From NCBI GenBank assembly GCA_047285305.1, contig JBJBDL010000003.1:832001-896000 (forward strand): a stretch of 64,000 bases of DNA, in the 5' to 3' direction. Below, in pieces: positions 57,535 to 64,000 of the stretch (position 1 is its first letter; every line of letters begins with the position of its first letter). The DNA is from Synechococcus sp. GTDB taxonomy: Bacteria; Cyanobacteriota; Cyanobacteriia; PCC-6307; Cyanobiaceae. Under the pieces are notes generated by a model. It ran no database searches and was not told the origin of the DNA. It saw only the letters and a list, made by a program, of their open reading frames with translations. The position numbers and the translations under genes are program-made.

Positions 57535-59724
57535 ATGATCCGCCGTTCGTCCCGCCGCTCCTTGGTTGCTGTTCGTGGCACGGTTTTGGGTCTGATGCTG
57601 GGGATCCCCCTGGTGGCTCCACCTGTGATGGCTCAAGAGGCCATGCCTGGAACCCAAGCTGCTGAGGGTGAAGAGATCGTTGGTGAAGACACCCTGGTGG
57701 AACAGCCCCGGGTGCTGATCTCCGAGGTACTGATTGAGGGCATCGAGGGTCACCCGGAAGAGGAACGTCTTCAGATCTCCACCTACGACGTCATGCAGGT
57801 GCGTCCGGGGATGCGTGTGACCCGTGAGGAGCTGCAGAACGATCTGAATGGCATTCAGGCCACAGGTTGGTTCTCGGATGTGCGGATCGTTCCGCAGAAC
57901 GGACCGCTCGGGGTTCAAGTGGTTGTTCAGGTCCAGCCCTTCCCTCCGCTGAGTGCTGTGGAGATCAACGGTGACGAGGAGAATCTCCTCTCGGATGAGC
58001 TGATTGAGCAGACGTTTGCTTCTGATTACGGCCGTACGCTCAATCTCAACGATCTGCAGCAGCGGATGAAGGCCCTGCAGGCCTTAGTGGCCGGTCAGGG
58101 CTATTCCCTGGCGCGGGTGTCCGGTCCGCAACGGGTCAGCCCTGAGGGTGTGGTTACGTTGAAGCTGCTCCAGGGGAGTGTTGCGGGAGTCGACGTCAAA
58201 TTCCTCACCCAAGATGGTGATGACACCGATGAGGATGGCAATCCCATCCGCGGCAAAACCAGGGAGTGGGTGATCACCCGAGAGGTTTCTATTCAGCCTG
58301 GTGATCCCTTCAATCGCAACCAGCTGGAGCGGGACATCAAACGGTTGTACGGAACCCAGCTGTTCAGTGATGTGAAGGTGACGTTGCGGCCAGTGACCGC
58401 GCAGCCTGGCGATGTTGTGATTGTTCTTGGCATCGTTGAGCAGTCCACTGGACAGCTCTCCGGTGGTCTTGGCTACAGCCAAGGCCAGGGTGTGTTTGGG
58501 CAGGTGCAGTTGCAGGAAACCAATTTCCTTGGAAGAGCTTGGAATTTGGGCACCAACATCACCTACGGGCAATACGGCGGACTCGCCAACCTCACCTTCT
58601 CGGACCCCTGGATCTACGGCGATAAGCACCGCACGAGCTTCCGCACTTCTCTCTTCTTGAGTCAGCAGGTGCCTCAGGTCTTCCAGAGCGAAGACAATGG
58701 CAACATCCGTGCGGCAAAGGAATATGCCAATAACGGCTCTAATTCTGCTTATGAAATAGGCAATGTTTATAACTTTACTGGCGGTGTTGCAGCTCCTGAT
58801 GATGTGAATTTGGCGCAAGCCGCTTATCCGAATCGCAGTTGGTTCGACTACGAGGGCGACACGGTGGTCCTGCGCAAGACTGGCGGCAGCTTTTCCTTCG
58901 CCCGTCCTTTGAACGGTGGTGATCCGTACAAAGAAGCTAAGTGGAATGTTGTGACCGGCATGTCTTTTGCTGAAGTGCGGCCAATCAACTTTTCAGGTGA
59001 TTCAAGGCCCTATGCCGTCTCCTCCAAAAAGCGCAGTGAAGGGAGTGGTGAGGTCAGAAAAGATGAAATTATTTGCGTTTCGTATAACTGTGCAGATAGC
59101 AATACCCTCATTGGGACTCGTTTCGCTACCACCTACAACACGCTCAACAATCCCCGCAATCCCACCGTAGGGCGGTTTTTCTCAGCCGGAACTGAGCAAT
59201 TCGTGGGAATCAATAACGACTCTCCCACCTTCAACCGGTTGCGGGCCAGCTACACGCAGTTCTTTCCTGTGGACTGGCTCAAGCTTCATAAGAGCTGTCG
59301 ACCCAAGCCCGGCGAGCAGGCCGATTGCCCGCAGGCCATTGGTTTGCAAATTAAAGGTGGCCTCCTCATGGGTGAAGCTCCCCCCTACGAGGCGTTTTGC
59401 ATGGGTGGCTCCAACTCGATTCGTGGTTGGTATGACTGCGATCTAGCTGTTTCCAAGGCCTTCAGTGAATTGACGATCGAGTACCGCTTCCCCTTGATCA
59501 GTATTTTCTCTGGTGAATTGTTCATGGATGCTGGTACTGATTTCGGCACTCAGGAGGATGTGCCTGGCAAACCCGGTCTGCTTCTGGATAAGGACGGTTC
59601 TGGTGTCTCTCTTGGTACTGGCGTGATCGTGACCACCCCAGTCGGTCCAATCCGCTTGGAGGTGGCCACCAAAGACTTTTCATCCGACTATCGCTTCAAT
59701 CTGGGCGTGGGCTGGAAGTTCTAG
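57535..59724 (+). CDS. bamA: Omp85/BamA outer-membrane assembly factor
   Basis: Signal peptide, POTRA domains, IVEQSTG, GGSNSIRGW, TPVGPIRLE, C-terminal GWKF; upstream of lpxC-fabZ-lpxA. Confidence 0.92.
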   Translation: MIRRSSRRSLVAVRGTVLGLMLGIPLVAPPVMAQEAMPGTQAAEGEEIVGEDTLVEQPRVLISEVLIEGIEGHPEEERLQISTYDVMQVRPGMRVTREELQNDLNGIQATGWFSDVRIVPQNGPLGVQVVVQVQPFPPLSAVEINGDEENLLSDELIEQTFASDYGRTLNLNDLQQRMKALQALVAGQGYSLARVSGPQRVSPEGVVTLKLLQGSVAGVDVKFLTQDGDDTDEDGNPIRGKTREWVITREVSIQPGDPFNRNQLERDIKRLYGTQLFSDVKVTLRPVTAQPGDVVIVLGIVEQSTGQLSGGLGYSQGQGVFGQVQLQETNFLGRAWNLGTNITYGQYGGLANLTFSDPWIYGDKHRTSFRTSLFLSQQVPQVFQSEDNGNIRAAKEYANNGSNSAYEIGNVYNFTGGVAAPDDVNLAQAAYPNRSWFDYEGDTVVLRKTGGSFSFARPLNGGDPYKEAKWNVVTGMSFAEVRPINFSGDSRPYAVSSKKRSEGSGEVRKDEIICVSYNCADSNTLIGTRFATTYNTLNNPRNPTVGRFFSAGTEQFVGINNDSPTFNRLRASYTQFFPVDWLKLHKSCRPKPGEQADCPQAIGLQIKGGLLMGEAPPYEAFCMGGSNSIRGWYDCDLAVSKAFSELTIEYRFPLISIFSGELFMDAGTDFGTQEDVPGKPGLLLDKDGSGVSLGTGVIVTTPVGPIRLEVATKDFSSDYRFNLGVGWKF

Positions 59725-60551
59725 TGACCAGCTGGCCCCAGGACTACTCCGCTGGTTGGACATTGGCGGAGAAAACATCACGCTCGGGCATTGGCCTCCA
59801 CAGTGGAGCTGAGGCCACGGTGGAGCTTCGGCCGACGGATCAGCCGGGGTTCCACATGCGTTTGCCGGGGATGGAGCAGCCGATCCAGCTGCGGCCGGAT
59901 CAGGTGCGCGACAGCCAGTTGTGCACAACCTTGGATTTGGGCTCCAGCAAGGTGGCCACTGTCGAACATCTGCTGGCCGCTCTGGCCGGTTGTGGGCTCA
60001 GCCATGTGGAGATTGGCCTCAACGGCCATGAAGTTCCCCTGCTGGATGGCTCAGCGCTTTGTTGGGTGGAGGCCATTGCCACCGCTGGGTTTGTGCCGGC
60101 GGCCACCCCGCGTCCGCCGGCACCGCGGCTGGAGCAACCACTGCTGCGCACCCGCGGCAACAGTGTGATCACTGCCACTCCGTCCGATTGCTTTGGTGTT
60201 GTGGGCATCATCGATTTCCCGCAGGCGGCCATCGGGCGACAGCAATTCGCCCTGGAGCTCACGCCCCAACGCTTCGTCGATGAGATCGCTCCAGCACGCA
60301 CCTTTGGTTTCCGGGAGCAGGTGGAGCATTTGCGCGCTGCCGGATTGATCCAGGGCGGAGCTCTGGACAATGCCCTCGTCTGTGACGGTGATCAGTGGAT
60401 GAATCCACCGCTGCGGTTCGAGGATGAACCAGTGCGCCATAAGCTCTTGGACCTAATCGGCGACCTGGCCCTCGTCGGTTTTCCCCAGGCACAGGTTCTT
60501 GTGTACAAGGGATCCCATGGTCTTCACACCGATCTCGCAGCCGCTTTGTGA
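59724..60551 (+). CDS. lpxC: UDP-3-O-acyl-GlcNAc deacetylase
   Basis: [40 protein letters not shown]. Confidence 0.96.
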   Translation: MTSWPQDYSAGWTLAEKTSRSGIGLHSGAEATVELRPTDQPGFHMRLPGMEQPIQLRPDQVRDSQLCTTLDLGSSKVATVEHLLAALAGCGLSHVEIGLNGHEVPLLDGSALCWVEAIATAGFVPAATPRPPAPRLEQPLLRTRGNSVITATPSDCFGVVGIIDFPQAAIGRQQFALELTPQRFVDEIAPARTFGFREQVEHLRAAGLIQGGALDNALVCDGDQWMNPPLRFEDEPVRHKLLDLIGDLALVGFPQAQVLVYKGSHGLHTDLAAAL

Positions 60552-61003
60552 CTGAATCCACCACCCCAAACGTCGTGCTCACCAGCGAGCAGATCGCCGG
60601 TTTGCTTCCGCACCGTTACCCCTTCGCGCTGGTGGATCGGGTCATCGCCCATGAGCCCGGGGTTTCCGCCACGGCGATCAAGAATGTGACCATGAACGAG
60701 CCCCAGTTTCAGGGGCATTTCCCCGAGCGTCCCCTGATGCCAGGGGTGCTGATTGTCGAGGCGATGGCGCAGGTGGGTGGTCTGATCGTGACCCAGATGC
60801 CCGATCTGCCGAAGGGACTGTTCGTGTTCGCCGGGATTGACGGGGTACGCTTCCGGCGCCCTGTGGTTCCTGGAGATCAGCTGGTGATCCGTTGTGAACT
60901 GCTCAGCCTCAAGCGCAAACGTTTCGGCAAGGTGAAGGCTGAGGCCACAGTGGACGGCGATCTGGCCTGCTCTGGAGAATTGATGTTCTCCCTGGTGGAC
61001 TGA
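60548..61003 (+). CDS. fabZ: 3-hydroxyacyl-ACP dehydratase
   Basis: [30 protein letters not shown]. Confidence 0.97.
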   Translation: MTESTTPNVVLTSEQIAGLLPHRYPFALVDRVIAHEPGVSATAIKNVTMNEPQFQGHFPERPLMPGVLIVEAMAQVGGLIVTQMPDLPKGLFVFAGIDGVRFRRPVVPGDQLVIRCELLSLKRKRFGKVKAEATVDGDLACSGELMFSLVD

Positions 61004-61008
61004 GCGGG

Positions 61009-61833
61009 ATGTCGCAGCAAACGGCGTCACAGCAAATCCACCCCACGGCGGTGGTGGACCCGAAGGCCGAGCTGGCCTCCGGCGTGGTCATCGGCCCGGG
61101 TGCGGTGGTCGGCCCTGAGGTGGTGATCGGAGAGCACACCTGGATCGGTCCCCATGCCGTGTTAGATGGTCGGCTGACCCTGGGTCGTGACAACAAGGTG
61201 TACCCGGGCGCCTGCCTGGGTCTTCCGCCGCAGGATCTCAAGTACCGCGGTGCCAACACCGAGGTGTTGATCGGTGATGGAAACACTCTGCGGGAATGCG
61301 TGACGATTAACCGCGCCACCGAAGAGGGTGAGGTGACCCGCATCGGCAATGGCAACCTGCTGATGGCTTATTGCCATCTTGGCCATAACTGCGATCTCGG
61401 CAATAACATCGTGATGTCAAACGCCATTCAGGTGGCGGGCCACGTGGTGATCGAAGACCGTGCAGTAATCGGTGGCTGTCTGGGGATTCACCAGTTTGTT
61501 CACATCGGTGGGATGGCGATGGTGGGCGGGATGACCCGCGTCGACCGAGATGTTCCCCCCTATTGCCTGGTCGAAGGCCATCCGGGCCGCGTGCGGGGTT
61601 TGAACCGTGTGGGTCTGCGGCGCCGTGGCCTAGCTGCCAACCATGACGGCGCTGAACTCAAGCAGCTTCAGGAGATCTGGACCCTGATGTATCGCACTGA
61701 CCTGGTGATTGCCGATGCGCTTCAGCAGGCCAGAAGCCAGCCCTTGCTGCCGGCGGCTGAGCACTTCTGCCGGTTCCTTGAAGCCTCCACGGGTCAGGGT
61801 CGACGGGGGCCGATGCCGGTGCAGGGCCGCTGA
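61009..61833 (+). CDS. lpxA: UDP-GlcNAc O-acyltransferase
   Basis: IHPTAVV, PQDLKY, hexapeptide repeats, IHQFVHIG. Confidence 0.96.
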   Translation: MSQQTASQQIHPTAVVDPKAELASGVVIGPGAVVGPEVVIGEHTWIGPHAVLDGRLTLGRDNKVYPGACLGLPPQDLKYRGANTEVLIGDGNTLRECVTINRATEEGEVTRIGNGNLLMAYCHLGHNCDLGNNIVMSNAIQVAGHVVIEDRAVIGGCLGIHQFVHIGGMAMVGGMTRVDRDVPPYCLVEGHPGRVRGLNRVGLRRRGLAANHDGAELKQLQEIWTLMYRTDLVIADALQQARSQPLLPAAEHFCRFLEASTGQGRRGPMPVQGR

Positions 61834-63014
61834 TGGTTCGGCTGCTGATCAGCACCGGGGAGGTCTCCGGTGATCTGCAGGGCAGCCTGTTGATTCGCGC
61901 CTTGCGGTTGGAGGCGGAACGACGGGGACTTGAGCTGGAAGTGCTGGCTCTGGGTGGCCCGCGCATGGAGGCGGCGGGTGCCGTGTTGATCGCCGATACC
62001 GCGCCGATGGGGGCGATCGGCCTGTGGGAGGCCCTTCCCTTGATTCTTCCCACGCTGCGGCAACAGGCCCGGGTGGATGCGCTATTGGAGGACCAGCCCC
62101 TTGATGGGGTGGTGCTGATCGACTATGTCGGGGCCAATGTGCGCTTGGGCACGCGGCTGCGGCGCCAGCAACCCGAGCTGCCGATCACCTATTACATCGC
62201 CCCCCAGGAATGGGCCTGGCGTTTTGGCGATGGCAGCAGCACTCGATTGATCGAATTCACCGACAGGATTCTGGCGGTTTTCCCTGCTGAGGCCGAGTTC
62301 TATGCCGCCCGCGGTGCGGATGTGAGCTGGGTGGGCCATCCGTTGCTGGACAACTTCCAGAACCTGCCCGATCGCGCCAGCGCCCGCCGCCAAATGGGAC
62401 TGGACCCTGATGCTCCAGTGCTGTTGTTGCTGCCGGCCTCGCGGACCCAAGAGTTGCGCTATCTGATGCCACCGTTGGCCCAGGCGGCGGCCCTGTTGCA
62501 GCACAGCTATCCTGATCTCCAGGTGCTCTTGCCCGCTGGGCTTGCGCAGTTCGAAGCGCCCCTGACTGCAGCGCTTCAGGCAGCCGGCGTTCGCCATGGC
62601 CGGGTGATTCCCGCCTCTGAAGCGGATGGACTGAAGACCACCCTCTGTGCGGCGGCGGATCTCGCCTTGGGCAAATCCGGCACGGTGAATCTGGAACTAG
62701 CTCTCCAGGGGGTTCCCCAGGTAGTGGGTTACCGCGTCAGCCGACTGACGGCCTGGGTTGCCCGCCATGTTCTGCGCTTCCAGGTGGACCACATCTCGCC
62801 GGTGAATCTGTTGCTCAAGCAGCGGTTGGTGCCGGAGCTGCTGCAGGACGAACTCACGGCCGAAGCCCTGGTGGAGAGGGCGCTTCCTCTGTTGACCGAT
62901 ACGCCTGAGCGCCACGCCATGCTCGAGGGGTATGAGCGGCTGCGGACCACCCTGGGTGCTCCTGGGGTTACAGAGCGGGCGGCCAAGGCCATCTTTGACC
63001 AGGTGATCGGATGA
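61833..63014 (+). CDS. lpxB: lipid-A-disaccharide synthase
   Basis: [40 protein letters not shown]. Confidence 0.96.
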   Translation: MVRLLISTGEVSGDLQGSLLIRALRLEAERRGLELEVLALGGPRMEAAGAVLIADTAPMGAIGLWEALPLILPTLRQQARVDALLEDQPLDGVVLIDYVGANVRLGTRLRRQQPELPITYYIAPQEWAWRFGDGSSTRLIEFTDRILAVFPAEAEFYAARGADVSWVGHPLLDNFQNLPDRASARRQMGLDPDAPVLLLLPASRTQELRYLMPPLAQAAALLQHSYPDLQVLLPAGLAQFEAPLTAALQAAGVRHGRVIPASEADGLKTTLCAAADLALGKSGTVNLELALQGVPQVVGYRVSRLTAWVARHVLRFQVDHISPVNLLLKQRLVPELLQDELTAEALVERALPLLTDTPERHAMLEGYERLRTTLGAPGVTERAAKAIFDQVIG

Positions 63015-63634
63015 AACGAACTCTGCTGCTGCTATTTACCTGCCTGATGCTGCTCAGCTTGCCTCAGCGCGCCATGGCTGAGCTGCAGACGGCGGTCTTT
63101 GCCGGTGGCTGTTTCTGGTGCCTGGAGCATGACCTGGAAGATTTGCCCGGGGTGCGTAATGCCGTGAGCGGCTACAGCGGCGGTCATTTGGAGCGTCCCA
63201 CCTACCGGCAGGTGAGCAGTGAGACCACTGGTCATCAGGAAGCGGTGCAGGTGCGCTTTGACCCGGATCAGATCAGCTACGCGGAGCTGCTGCGTAGCTA
63301 CTGGCGCAATGTGGACCCCCTTGACGACGGCGGTCAGTTCTGCGACCGCGGCGATTCCTACCGGCCGGTGATCTTCACGGCTGACGACGCTCAGGCTCAG
63401 GCGGCTGAGGCCAGTGCGGCGGCGGCGGCCCTTGAGCTCAGACAACCCCGGTCTGCATTGAAGGTGGAGCTCAGGCAGGCAGCCCGTTTCTGGCCTGCCG
63501 AGGGTTACCACCAGAACTACGCAGAGAACAACGCCGTCAAATACAACTTTTACCGGTTCAGCTGTGGTCGCGACCGCAGGCTCGACAGCGTCTGGGGCTA
63601 CAACGCTCGCTCCGGTAACACCTGGGGGAATTAA
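63011..63634 (+). CDS. msrA: peptide methionine sulfoxide reductase A with signal peptide
   Basis: [29 protein letters not shown]. Confidence 0.94.
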   Translation: MKRTLLLLFTCLMLLSLPQRAMAELQTAVFAGGCFWCLEHDLEDLPGVRNAVSGYSGGHLERPTYRQVSSETTGHQEAVQVRFDPDQISYAELLRSYWRNVDPLDDGGQFCDRGDSYRPVIFTADDAQAQAAEASAAAAALELRQPRSALKVELRQAARFWPAEGYHQNYAENNAVKYNFYRFSCGRDRRLDSVWGYNARSGNTWGN

Positions 63635-63682
63635 TGATGCACAGGAACCCTTCAGGCAGTCCTTTCCCTGTTGGCTGCAGCC

Positions 63683-63796
63683 TCAATCTTCCGCAGAGCT
63701 CCCTCGGGTGCGCGCACGGTCGCTCAGCCAGATGATCACCCGCGTGATCGCCCACGCGAGGGAGACGCCCAACAGGATCGAGAGCAGCGACTCCAC
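63683..63796 (-). CDS. possible 37-aa single-pass membrane peptide
   Basis: From GTG: MESLLSILLGVSLAWAITRVIIWLSDRARTRGSSAED*. Confidence 0.4.
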   Translation of the reverse strand: MESLLSILLGVSLAWAITRVIIWLSDRARTRGSSAED

Positions 63797-63880
63797 AGCA
63801 CAGCACTTGAGGTCACCGGCACGTGCCGGATGCTCCTCAATATGCCGATCTGAGCAAGCAATGCGTGTGGACTGTCGCGA

Positions 63881-64000
63881 TCAGTCTCTTGCTTTGGCGT
63901 CCTTGTTCTTGTCTTTTGCTCGCTGTGTTGTGGCCTGAAGCTTGGATGCCACCTTGCAGGCCAGGGAAGCTTCCATGCGCTGCAGCTGTGCTTCGCGCAG
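63881..64000 (-). CDS. 3' end of an unidentified gene entering from beyond the window
   Basis: Open frame LREAQLQRMEASLACKVASKLQATTQRAKDKNKDAKARD*. Confidence 0.5.
   Translation of the reverse strand: MREAQLQRMEASLACKVASKLQATTQRAKDKNKDAKARD

Overview
This is a densely coding, GC-rich core-genome segment of a marine picocyanobacterium. Allophycocyanin genes plus a complete kaiABC set point to Synechococcus rather than Prochlorococcus. In order it contains apcA (partial) and apcE, the atp1-a-c-b'-b-delta-alpha-gamma operon with the ATPC RNA motif, a 2OG-Fe(II) oxygenase/ferredoxin/DUF3326/YchJ run, ald-nadE-nadD, pepP, PSRP-3, ATP synthase beta/epsilon, CIRCE-groES-groEL, secG-gpmI, pyrR, ftrV, an Hsp70-like gene, rpoZ, an EVE gene, murD, tRNA-Val(GAC), serA-prmA, petF, psbV, rnz, spoIID-nagB, yebC-truB, rpmA-rplU, kaiABC, nblS, purD, purC, bamA-lpxC-fabZ-lpxA-lpxB and msrA. 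I found no integrase, transposase, CRISPR array or large island, and I cannot establish a new multi-gene system from the sequence alone. The best leads are: (1) a small lower-GC module between groEL and secG with a perfect 30-bp palindrome, a ribbon-helix-helix-like gene and a convergent basic peptide ORF; (2) a 56-aa Nif11-leader-like gene with no core peptide, missing from the ORF track; (3) a HAD phosphatase whose catalytic motif lies upstream of any ATG/GTG/TTG; (4) an AT-rich loop inside bamA; (5) DnaA-box-like and LexA-like motifs upstream of a DUF2811-like gene. All family assignments come from motif recognition, not database searches. ATP synthase gene symbols follow E. coli nomenclature.
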